Assembly: GCA_002256025.1 (NCBI GenBank)
Contig: NKIB01014119.1
Span: 1 to 47,357 of the forward strand
Reading direction: 5' to 3'
DNA from: Asterionella formosa
Lineage: Eukaryota
DNA length: 47,357 bases
The notes beneath the pieces were generated by a model. That model was not told the DNA's origin, ran no database searches, and worked only from the letters and a program-made list of their open reading frames with translations. Shown one piece after another: positions 20,293 to 30,393 of the stretch. Both the position numbers and the translations under genes were made by a program. How positions within the stretch are numbered: the first letter of the stretch is position 1; every line of letters starts with the position of its first letter.

Positions 20293-22614
20293 ATGGAATC
20301 TCCCCAGCTGCCGACCATGAAAGAAGAAAATATCCGACGAAAGGTCGTCGACGACGAGGAAGGAATGATTGAAGAATTCAATGATTATTATCGCCCGTCA
20401 GAGGTGCAGCTGTCCACTGCCAACAACCCAACGGATGGTCAAGGATATGGCTTCAAGGGTCGAAATAGCGCCGCGATGTTAGAAGTGATTGATGGAGGAG
20501 GTGTGTACATGCCGCCGGCAAAGCGTCGACAGATGCTCGAGGCACAACGAGCCGCCATGAAGGACGATTCGAATCTCGTCCAGCGCCAAACTTGGCAGGA
20601 TCAGAAGCGGGTGGTCCATGGGACTATCAACCGCTTGAATGAGTCAACCATTAAACCTTTGATTCATGACTTGTTTCAAGGCGTCAATATCTTGCGTCTT
20701 CGAGGTGTCTTGGCTCGTTCGCTTTTGCAAGCTGCTGCTACCTCGCCCCTATTTTCGAACGTATATGCTGCTCTAGTGGCTGTCCTCAACACCAAGCTGC
20801 CAGAAGTAGGAGAACTTGTCGTTAAGAGAGCGATTCTTGGGTTCCGACGGCACTATCGTCGCAAGGAAAAGGCTCAGTGCCTGGCAATGGCCATTTTTAT
20901 CGGCCATCTATTTCATCAAGCGGTTGTCCACGAGTTGCTTGTACTTCAGATACTGACCCTCTTGTTGGACGGGGATCCCACGGATGATTCGGTTGAAGTT
21001 GCTGTTCAGTTTCTAACTGTTATTGGACAAGCTCTACTCGAGGTGAGTCCCGCTGGAGTCAGAGCTGTTCTAGAACGTCTTAGAGCGTTACTACACGAAG
21101 GGAATTTCAACAAACGAGTAGAATACAAGATTGAGCAACTCTTGAAGATGCGCAAAAATGGTTTTCGGGACCATCCTCCTATCCCGGAAACACTTGATTT
21201 GGTAGAAAGAGATGATCAAATTACATTTGAATTGAGCTTGGATGATGAAGATATTTCAAAGGACGACCATTTGGATGTTTTTCGTCTTGACGACGATTAC
21301 GAAGAGAACGAAAAGATTTGGACGAAAATCCAGGGAGAGATTTTGGGCACAGGTGGTGATGACGACAGCGATGGAGATGATGAAACTGACAATGATGACG
21401 GTGACGACGAATCGGTTGAAGAGGAAGTGGTCCCTGACCAGGAACTCGCGGTAATCCCTACGAAATCACAAGATGTTGTCATTCAGGATCTTTCCGAGGC
21501 TGATCTCATTCATTTACGTCGTCAAATATACTTGACAATCATGTCAAGTGCTAGTTTTGAGGAGTGCACGCACAAGCTGACCAAGGTTAATATTCCTCCA
21601 GGGCGCGAAAGTGAACTCATCAACATGATTATCGAATGTACTTCTCAAGAACGAACTTTCCTTCGATATTATGGACTGATCAGTGCTCGATTCTGTCTCC
21701 TTGATGATCGATGGAAAAACGCCTTTATGGAAGCTTTTGAAAATCAATATATGACTATCCATAGACTTGAAACCAACAAGTTGCGAAATGTCGCCAAGCT
21801 ATTCGCGCATTTGCTGCACACCGATTCTGTACCATGGAGTTGTCTGAAAATAATTCATCTCAATGAAGAGGAGACAACATCTTCATCTCGTATTTTTGTT
21901 AAGATTTTGATCCAAGAAATGGCCGAAGCAATGGGAATCGCCAGGCTCAAGGAGCGATTCGAACCTAACGATCCTGAACTACTGGAATGGTACAAAGGAA
22001 TGTTCCCTCGTGATAATGTTCGCAATACTCGATATGCTATTAATTTTTTCACATCAATCGGTCTTGGCCCTTTAACCGATGGATTGCGCGAATTCTTGAA
22101 AAATGCTCCAAAGATGATTTTGGCACAAGCCCAATTGGCTGCAACTTCCAAGAATGACGACACGTCGGTGTCCTCAAGCAGCTCCTCCAGCAGTAGCTCC
22201 CTCTCCACGTCATCATCCAGTAGCTCCGAAAGTGATTCATCGTCGTCTTCCTCGTCGTCGTCTTACTCCAGACGACGTCGACGACGCCGTAGATCCCCAT
22301 CGTCGAGCTCGTCAGATAGTGACAGTGATTCTTCGTCGAGCCGAAGGAGCCGTAGTAAGAGGCGAAAGGGGCATGAGGATAGTTCTTCTTCTGACTCAAG
22401 TGAATCCGAATATAGTCGGCAAATTAAGAAAAAAGGATTCAAAGAGAGGGACAGGAAGAAAACGACTCGCATCCGTACTTCTGAAGATGAGGCGAGAGAT
22501 GATCCGAAAATGAATGTGAACGACGACAAGAGGAAGCATAGTCCATCTCTCTCATATTCTTCTGACGACAGCCGAGATGGTGAAAAGAATGAGAGTAAGA
22601 AACGTCGAATCTAG
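20293..22614 (+). CDS. CWC22: Pre-mRNA splicing factor CWC22 (MIF4G + MI domains, Ser/Arg-rich tail)
   Basis: GGVYMPPAK, YAALVAVLNTKLP, PTDDSVEVA, RRQIYLTIMSS, TIHRLETNKLRNVAK, TTSSSRIFVKIL, RYAINFFTSIGLG. Confidence 0.96.
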   Translation: MESPQLPTMKEENIRRKVVDDEEGMIEEFNDYYRPSEVQLSTANNPTDGQGYGFKGRNSAAMLEVIDGGGVYMPPAKRRQMLEAQRAAMKDDSNLVQRQTWQDQKRVVHGTINRLNESTIKPLIHDLFQGVNILRLRGVLARSLLQAAATSPLFSNVYAALVAVLNTKLPEVGELVVKRAILGFRRHYRRKEKAQCLAMAIFIGHLFHQAVVHELLVLQILTLLLDGDPTDDSVEVAVQFLTVIGQALLEVSPAGVRAVLERLRALLHEGNFNKRVEYKIEQLLKMRKNGFRDHPPIPETLDLVERDDQITFELSLDDEDISKDDHLDVFRLDDDYEENEKIWTKIQGEILGTGGDDDSDGDDETDNDDGDDESVEEEVVPDQELAVIPTKSQDVVIQDLSEADLIHLRRQIYLTIMSSASFEECTHKLTKVNIPPGRESELINMIIECTSQERTFLRYYGLISARFCLLDDRWKNAFMEAFENQYMTIHRLETNKLRNVAKLFAHLLHTDSVPWSCLKIIHLNEEETTSSSRIFVKILIQEMAEAMGIARLKERFEPNDPELLEWYKGMFPRDNVRNTRYAINFFTSIGLGPLTDGLREFLKNAPKMILAQAQLAATSKNDDTSVSSSSSSSSSSLSTSSSSSSESDSSSSSSSSSYSRRRRRRRRSPSSSSSDSDSDSSSSRRSRSKRRKGHEDSSSSDSSESEYSRQIKKKGFKERDRKKTTRIRTSEDEARDDPKMNVNDDKRKHSPSLSYSSDDSRDGEKNESKKRRI

Positions 22615-23041
22615 GGAAACTTTCGAGGAAAAAAATAGTTGTCGAGTTCAACGATCCAATCTAAGGTTGTTGCACTGACTAGTGGCAAGACATTGCCGGT
22701 AAATCCAACTTCACGCTAGCCCTCCAGTTTCACACCATACCACAAAATCAATAAAGTAGTGATTCAAATGGTATGGACAATGTCAATGACCCGTAGTTAC
22801 AACGTTTAGTTTGTAACGTAAACGAGCAATTCATACTTTCGCGACATTATCCTCCCAATAGCTGCGGTCGGTCACAACTTCATCCTTGCAAATATATCAC
22901 AACTCATCCCAATTACATGGTTTAAGTAGTTTGCGCCTTTTGTCATGCGAACGAAATCATTCGATCCCATCGTAATACGTGACTTGTTGCCGGGTGAGGC
23001 GGTCTGAGGAGGAATGCTTCACCACCTTGACTTACAACGTT

Positions 23042-23869
23042 TCATGGAAGAAAGGAGGACAACATGCTGCTCATTTCTATTGGAATTTCGTCGTTTGGGT
23101 CAAGAGGTTCGATTGGAATGTATTCCATCGATGTTCCTTCAAAACAAAGTTCCGAGACTAGTGCATCAAAGGAGTCGGCTTCGTCGTCGCACTGTGGTTC
23201 GCATGGAATTCCGCCAATCATGTTCCCAGTACACGATAGCCTAGCCAGCTTGGACATGCCCTCAAAATTATTCCAAGATCGCGTCTTCTCAAATTCTAAT
23301 CCAATGTTTAGATTGGATTCCATCTGTTCAATTGGTTGGAAAGCATTGATTTCGTTGCTGTTCCATGTGCTTCCAGTTCCAGACTCTGGACGAGAGGCTC
23401 CATTTCCGAATAGGGAATGGGCGACAATCTGGCAGTCGAGTTTAGCAAGCTGAAGCGCATCTTCATTAAAATTCGAGGAGGCGCTTGGTCTCTGGTTTGT
23501 TGTGTTGCCTAGAGCTTCTCTCGAAAAAATTGCTTCTCGCAATTTTTGACCAACCTTTTCTCTGGCAAGTTCATCGCCAATTTCAAACCATCGATTTGTT
23601 GCCTTATCATACTTGATGAAATTTCCATTTTTTGATCTGATCTGATCAACGATTGAAAGAACGATGAGAGACTTACCAAGCTTATCATAGGCGTGAATGT
23701 ATTTGTCAACATGCATTGCGACAATGAGACGAAATCGTTTATTGCCGATATGATTATATGCCGTCCTCCCTCTGCCACAGATACAGTCAAAAGCTGAAGG
23801 AGAGTACTGTTCATGAAGCTGAACACTCGTTCTGGCGGTAGTGTAAAAGGGAAACATACTTGAAGTCAT
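23042..23869 (-). CDS. DUF6824-domain protein (diatom-expanded family)
   Basis: DCICGRG...NHIGNKRFR...Y...K..IV..I....G.F.......W.EIGDELAREKVGQKLRE pattern. First ATG at 23869. Confidence 0.85.
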   Translation of the reverse strand: MTSSMFPFYTTARTSVQLHEQYSPSAFDCICGRGRTAYNHIGNKRFRLIVAMHVDKYIHAYDKLGKSLIVLSIVDQIRSKNGNFIKYDKATNRWFEIGDELAREKVGQKLREAIFSREALGNTTNQRPSASSNFNEDALQLAKLDCQIVAHSLFGNGASRPESGTGSTWNSNEINAFQPIEQMESNLNIGLEFEKTRSWNNFEGMSKLARLSCTGNMIGGIPCEPQCDDEADSFDALVSELCFEGTSMEYIPIEPLDPNDEIPIEMSSMLSSFLP

Positions 23870-24647
23870 GGTATGACGCAATTAATATGAATGGGGGATT
23901 ATCGATTTGATGAAATTGTGGAAAATGTTGATTTCGTGAGGAGGTGAAAAATATTTTTAGTCATGACCTGGTCCCACTGGCATCATCATCAGGAGGTACC
24001 TGGTACCAGGTTGCTACCGGTACCTGGTTGGCGTACATGGTAAATATCATCAGGTCAGAAAAAAAAGATGGCTCGAGCGACATAAAATGTTTGTGTCTTG
24101 GTTTCCGGTTTATTATAGGGGAATCTTGGCTTGGACGAATCAGTGACTCTCCCCTCACTTTGCTTCATAAATCGACGTGGTACCTGGTGCTATCAAAGAG
24201 AATTGGCTCTATGATACATGAAAATTGATAAAAAAATATTCCTACTTTAACAATGGCTAGATATATAGCATAAGGAAGCAACGTAATACATCACAATTCC
24301 GATTGCTGCCTTGATGCAAGGGCGACTCACCAAGCCTGCTGTGATGTACTTCCCTCTGTATGTTGTGACTTCTCATTTGAAGCATATTATATTACATTGC
24401 TTATCATTGAGCGCTGATTTCAAGCACACATATCTATGATCTGCAACACAATGAAAGATTGTCATCTGTACGATTTTTTTACGATGCCCCCCTCCCTCCC
24501 ACACAACAGCTCGAACTACCAGTCTATCAGTCCTCCGAGTCATTCCACATCCGGGGAATTTGGAACACAAGTCATAGTGCGGAAGTCACACTTCGTAACT
24601 TAGCACCCGGTAGCAGTCCCGGTAAACTTAGACGGTCGTATTATATA

Positions 24648-24699
24648 CCGTAAAATTTGGTAATGGACTAAGTTTTAGACCATTACCAAATTCTACGAG
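24648..24699. mobile_element. 52-bp TIR-only mini-MITE flanked by TA
   Basis: TA-CCGTAAAATTTGGTAATGGACTAA-GTT-TTAGACCATTACCAAATTCTACGAG-TA. The arms are near-perfect inverted repeats (2 mismatches and 1 indel). Confidence 0.6.
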
Positions 24700-25068
24700 T
24701 ATATCGGTATATAATATTCGATGTAACAAGAGTACAGGTACTAAAAGCTGGTAAGAAAGATGCGGGACCAGTAGGGAATCTTGTTTCTATGAATAAAATA
24801 AAGCCTAAGCAAAAAATCAAATGGGAACATCGAAGAACTTTCAGTCCCCTGTGATGTTGGATTGGCTAACGATGAACAATGGTCTACCTGGTACCTGGTA
24901 CATTTGTATTTCAGCAATTACCGGTATATACTCGTTCAAACCAAGGACTGTGTCTGTTGCTGGATGGAAACTACACCTCACTTCGCATTTGCGCTATACG
25001 TGTGATTTTAAAGTAAAGGTAATCAAGGAGGCTTCAAATTGCATTTCTCATTAACAAACCTCAAGCTG

Positions 25069-26033
25069 ATGACAATGATTCTTCAATCTCTCGTCCGATT
25101 GCCACTCATCCTCCATGTTGGACGACAAGCGCACTCGACGTGTGTAGCAATGGCAGCGGCCTCTTCAGATGACACAGAAACTCGCAGACCAGCTCAAGAT
25201 GTACGTTGATTAATGAGAATACGTGTATTCTCGCAAATTCCATAAACTAATCATTTCGATTTGCAACCAACCTTCAGTGGGATGCTCTGAGATACCAAAC
25301 ACAACACAGCTTTGTATGGAAACTGGGTTCATCTTTGATCGATCTCTTGGATCCACATGAAAATGAACATATCTTGGACCTTGGGTGTGGAACCGGGGAA
25401 CTAACGCAAGCCATTGCTGTGAAGGGTGCGATAGTCATTGGAATCGACGCTGATCCACAAATGATTTCTCAAGCCAAGCGTCAGTTTCCGTCAGTTGACT
25501 TCCAAGTGGGTGATGCTCGTAATTTTCAATTGCAAAAACCAGTTGATGCGATTTTTTCCAATGCTGCTTTACACTGGGTGCCCGAGTCAGAACGTGTCGT
25601 CGCATCCATCGCCAATGCACTGAAACCGGGTGGAAGATTTGTTGCAGAATTTGGTGGCAAAGGAAATGTTGGGGCGATTGCGAAATATTTGGATGATGCA
25701 ACTAGTCCAAGTTTAAACCCTTGGTACTTTCCCAGTATTTCTGAATACTCCTCTCTTTTAGAGAAGCATGGCTTGGAAGTTACCTTTGCTCAATTATATG
25801 ATCGTCCCACTCCTTTAAATGAGGGAGAGGATGGTATCCGGAATTGGATCTTGATGTTTGGAGGATCATTCCTTGATGGGATACCTAATGAAAAGAGGGA
25901 GCATTTGTTGAATGAAGCAGATAAGGAATTACGACCGATTCTTCACAACGGAGAGCATTGGGTTGCTGACTATCGCAGGATTAGAGTGGTGGCAAAACGA
26001 GTTGCAATGAATGATGAGGAAATATGCAGCTAG
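25069..26033 (+). CDS. Class I SAM-dependent methyltransferase (trans-aconitate 2-methyltransferase-like); exons 25069-25200 and 25278-26033
   Basis: ILDLGCGTG, DAIFSNAALHWV, LKPGGRFVAEFGGKGN, WVADYRRIR. A 77-nt GTACGT..CAG intron (25201-25277) joins ..PAQD to WDALRYQTQHSFVW in frame. Confidence 0.88.
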
Positions 26034-26542
26034 AATGTTTACAAGGTAATCTGACTTATTTTACCTGATATCTCATTAATACGTTCTTAGCATACATTTC
26101 TCAAGAGGGAGTGGTGGATTAGGCGTCTTGACTGCTGTTTCTCCAAACTACTGCAAGCAATTCTACGATCAGGGGTATCAGGTAGGAGTACCAGGTACCT
26201 CAGTATTACTCTAACTACATACCATTGATCGTTGGGGTGATGTCGTACGCTCATGCATTTACATTATATAAAACTCCTACATTTGCACATACCGTCACTG
26301 ATAAATAAAATTATAAAGAATGTTTACGCAGTATGATTTCTGATACATCACATGTTGTGCATACTCAACAAAAAATGTTATCCCATAAGACCAGGACCCG
26401 TCCGATTAAAATAAATGAAATATTTGTTATTTGCTTCATGTACCGGTAGATCATCAGGGGCTGATGCATATCATCAAGGATGAGTATAATTGTCTCGATC
26501 AATGAAATCTTCAAAGATTTCTCCGGTTATATCTAATGATCA

Positions 26543-27205
26543 ATGCTTCCTGATAAAATGATTCCTAACATGACCGCTTATGCTTTCCCACTCGTCGTTC
26601 TATTCGTCATGGCTTTGTCGTCTTCGACTAATGCTTTCAAGTTTCCATCCGCTATTTCCAAAAAATCGTTGGCTTTGAACATGAACTTCCTGAGTCAACT
26701 CTTTGGAGGCGCACGATTCTCTGCACCTTGCGTTATGGGCGACGAATCTATCATGTCACAAAAAAAGTTCGGAACAAGTGACGTTCCTATACAGCAGAAT
26801 TTGAGGTGGGGATGTGACCCCAAAGTAGCAGAGCGAATTTGTAACTTCAATCGGCACTATGCCGAATATCGAAACTACTGGAGGTCAACGTCGTTCGTGG
26901 ACGAAGCGCGAAAGGAATACGAAGAAAACGGAGAAGTTAAATTCTATGATAGCAATACTGGCAAGCTTATTTTCGTAGCCCCAAAGGGCAAGGGCCGCAC
27001 CTTTGATGATTTCATTAACGAATCGTTAAGCCATGGCTGGCCAAGTTTTCGTGATAGTGAAGTTGTGTGGGATTCCGTCCGTTGTCTCCCTAACGGTGAA
27101 ACTGTGAGTGTCGATGGAACTCATTTAGGGCATAATTTGCCTGATTTCTCCGGAAATCGGTATTGTATCAACTTGGTATCCTGCGCTGGCAACTCATTCG
27201 ATTGA
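26543..27205 (+). CDS. MsrB/SelR-like (Mss4-fold) methionine-R-sulfoxide reductase-like protein, probably plastid-targeted
   Basis: HGWPSF, HLGH and RYCIN motifs; signal peptide ending in TNA-F (ASAFAP-like). Confidence 0.82.
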   Translation: MLPDKMIPNMTAYAFPLVVLFVMALSSSTNAFKFPSAISKKSLALNMNFLSQLFGGARFSAPCVMGDESIMSQKKFGTSDVPIQQNLRWGCDPKVAERICNFNRHYAEYRNYWRSTSFVDEARKEYEENGEVKFYDSNTGKLIFVAPKGKGRTFDDFINESLSHGWPSFRDSEVVWDSVRCLPNGETVSVDGTHLGHNLPDFSGNRYCINLVSCAGNSFD

Positions 27206-27587
27206 AGCTGAGCCAGTTCATGGGATTGTGTGGATAAGGAGCATCAGTGCAATCACTTTCAATTTTGCGCTATCGAGATAAAGGATAATGCGCAAAAGTT
27301 TGAATAAATTACAATAACCACCATCGAATTACCGTCGTCCTTGGATTTCAGGATACAGCGCCCCCCCCCTATTTCAGGTTAAGAACCCATTCTATCCGAT
27401 ACTTCTTTAGAATATATTGAATAGATAAAAAGCAGATTACCGGTAACCGTATATTTCAGCGAGGATTTTATGGTGTCAAGGTTCCGCGATTGCTGAACTC
27501 TTGGTAAAAAGTAAAAGAAATAAATTTTAAAGTATGCTTTATGGACCTCGACTCAAACTCCTGGTCAGTGTTTATTGTTTACCTCAA

Positions 27588-28022
27588 CTATGCAACATTC
27601 AACTCATCCAAAGCTAGAAAATTCACTACTGCTGGATGCCGTGCACATTCTGGTCTAAATAACAATTCGCTTAGGAAATCTCGAAGCTCGTCTTTTCTGT
27701 TTTGCAGAAAGGCTTCGTCCAACAATTGAAAGGGACACGTCCCTGGTGGCATGAGCGGAAGGGGCCCGAAAGTTGCAGGAAGCTTAGAGTCGATCAGTTC
27801 TTGCAGGAGACATCGGAAATGAGAATACCTTCTAAGGATAGAGATACTGCGGTGCTCACAATAGACAGTCAGCTCAAAGTAGATTGCTGGGTGATTCGTT
27901 TTGCCTCGCAGTCTGTCAGGAAGTGACGGTGGTTCCGACATTCTACAATGTCCATCCATGCTGAAGGTGAAAAACGTCGAATCGAACCGCTTTGACCACT
28001 GGTCTTTCTCAAGATACATCAT
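27588..28022 (-). CDS. Small PX (phox homology) domain protein
   Basis: YFELTV..ILRRYSHFRCL, Pro-rich PLPLMPPGT, FLQNRKDELRDFL, AVVNFLAL. Confidence 0.8.
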   Translation of the reverse strand: MMYLEKDQWSKRFDSTFFTFSMDGHCRMSEPPSLPDRLRGKTNHPAIYFELTVYCEHRSISILRRYSHFRCLLQELIDSKLPATFGPLPLMPPGTCPFQLLDEAFLQNRKDELRDFLSELLFRPECARHPAVVNFLALDELNVA

Positions 28023-28638
28023 CACGGGATATATGTATGAAATGATATGAATTGAATTGAACAAGATTAGATATATAGGTAGTAATGGAAGCACCCGCTG
28101 TGGGTAAAAGTTCGTTTTCACGCAAATGTGAACGTAGTATTCCTATTAAACAACCCTCTGCTTAGATGCGTATGCATGGTAAAGTCTAAGTAACTACTTT
28201 TAAGCACGTTTTCCGGATGTCCCAGGTACTGTACAGTTGTGTACATACATAATGACACGAATGTATGGATAACGGTCTTATGTTGGATTGATAATGATGA
28301 TGACGACGACGACGAGATGATGCTATCTGGCACTGTGCGTTCAACCGGTACCAGGTACAAGAAAATGTCAGGGTATATACACAAATTTATTCATTTACTG
28401 GCTGGGTATGTTACATATCTACAGGTATATACTACCGGTGTCTATTTTGAGAATAATATAATAGTGTGGTCCTTCAAATTAGTCGACCTATTCAGATAAT
28501 CTAGTTTTGATGTATAGGCTAATGGGCAGTGTAACCAACTGACAACGTTTTTGAAAATCAAACCATTAGCAATATATTTATATATCTTCAATTTGCGACA
28601 CATAAAATATCTTGCCCTAATCGTAATTGAGGCAAACA

Positions 28639-30393
28639 ATGGGAGATACATCCAAGTGGACGTACCAGGATGGATTGGAGAGTCCCAATCGTCGTAAGTT
28701 GGTGTAAATGTGATCCACCTAGGTCAAGCTGCTGCTATACTAACGCGCTCGTCACACTTTGGTAAACTAATCAGTTTTGGTCGAAGAAGAATCAGCAGAG
28801 GCACTCCTTACTACATTGACGAATGCATCCAATATGCTCAACCATTTCGACACCGATATGCATGCTATCGAGATTCAAATCGGGGTGGCGCATGCATTGA
28901 TAAAAACGTTGGAAAAGACACTCCTATGGAACCGAGAAGGGGGGAAAGACCACCGACACTCCATGTGTCTATCTCGAGCTCTGAGACTTGCTGTCTTGTG
29001 TTGTGCTCTCGAAATGGTCTTCCGTTGCTCATCCAATACGCTGAGACTGCATCTAAATGAAGGAATCCTGATGAAACTTGTCGATGACAGTCTACTTGAC
29101 TCTTTTGCCAAATTAATCGACATCTTTCTCGCTTGGGAAGGGGAGTGCACCATTCGCAACGTTGCTCTTAGCAAAGCAACAAGAGTGATGTACCTAATCT
29201 GTACTCATTCGGATTCGTTTTGTCACAAAACCCTACCACCGCTCTTTGCCATGCTGCAAGGACAAATTAGTTCGGATATTCGAGTCGACGTTTCGTGTAC
29301 AATTGCAGCGTTGTCAGTTCATCAGAAAAGCAAGGGCCATACTTATTTCGTACAAAAATTTGCAGGTGTTTCCTCTAATCTTATATCGACCCTAACGACT
29401 GCAAGTACTTGTGTATTGGGTCATCCATACACGGAATGTATCACTGCGCTTTTCAACCTTGCATCCGGGTGGTCAGAATTGAGGGTTAAAATGTCAAAGC
29501 GACGAGATACAATCAAAGCAATTGCTGCTATCATGGCGCAAGCACGAACAAGACCGACTGCCATGAGAATCATTCTTTTGATATTGTCGAGTAAGGAATC
29601 ACTCGTTCAGCTTCAAAAACACCACCCGGCAAATGGCATGGCAATCCTTAATAGCTTGGTATGTATCACAGTACTGAACAATGACATAAAGAACCAAAGA
29701 CTAGCCGTGTTTGCCTTGGCTGCAGTCTTGCTGGATCCCTGCTGGCGAGACGACCAGCTCGTTCCTGTTATTGAAGCATTGGTCAATATAGTCATATCCT
29801 CAAAACAGGAGAACTTGCAAATCGCGGCAGCATCGGCGCTCTGCAAGAAGCTCTCAGTGTGCGACATACGAAGTAAGCTCGGGGAGACAGTTGCCGAGAA
29901 GGTGACAATCTTGATTGCCGTCCCCAACGAATCAGTTCAATACAAGGCATTGTGTTTTTTGAGCGACAAGATTGACATGGGACATCATTTTGACTTGCTA
30001 TGTTTGAAAAACGAAATCTTCGGGTTGACCCTCGTAGAAGCAATTGTTAACGGCACAAGGTCAACCAGGAAAGGATGCTTCGCACTCCTCGAAAAATGCT
30101 CAAACACAATTGAGAACCGAGACTCACTTTGTAAATGCCCTCTCCTCCTCGATGCGATCGTCAATTGTGTAATTGATGAAACACTCTCTGGTTGCATGAC
30201 ATCGTTGAAGGCAGTTGAAGTTTTGTTGGCCTTGATGGAAGATGAAAAGAATATCAAGCATTTCCAACGCTTCCAAGATCTTCTTCCTTGGTTGGCATCT
30301 TTTGCTAATGCTATCACAGACAATAATGAATTGAAAATAACTCTTGTGAGCGCAATCATCAAACTGACAACTTGCCACCTGTTGAGCTCCTAA
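28639..30393 (+). CDS. Hypothetical ARM/HEAT-like helical protein; exons 28639-28693 and 28775-30393
   Basis: Long Leu/Ala-rich helical ORF lacking its own start. An 81-nt GTAAGT..CAG intron (28694-28774) with a TACTAAC branch site joins ATG 28639 in frame. Confidence 0.72.

Noticed and set aside
22170..22400. Ser/Arg-rich repetitive DNA; also (GACAAT)n runs near 11790 and 15140
   Set aside because: Ordinary coding low-complexity sequence (CWC22 tail; Asn-Asp runs).
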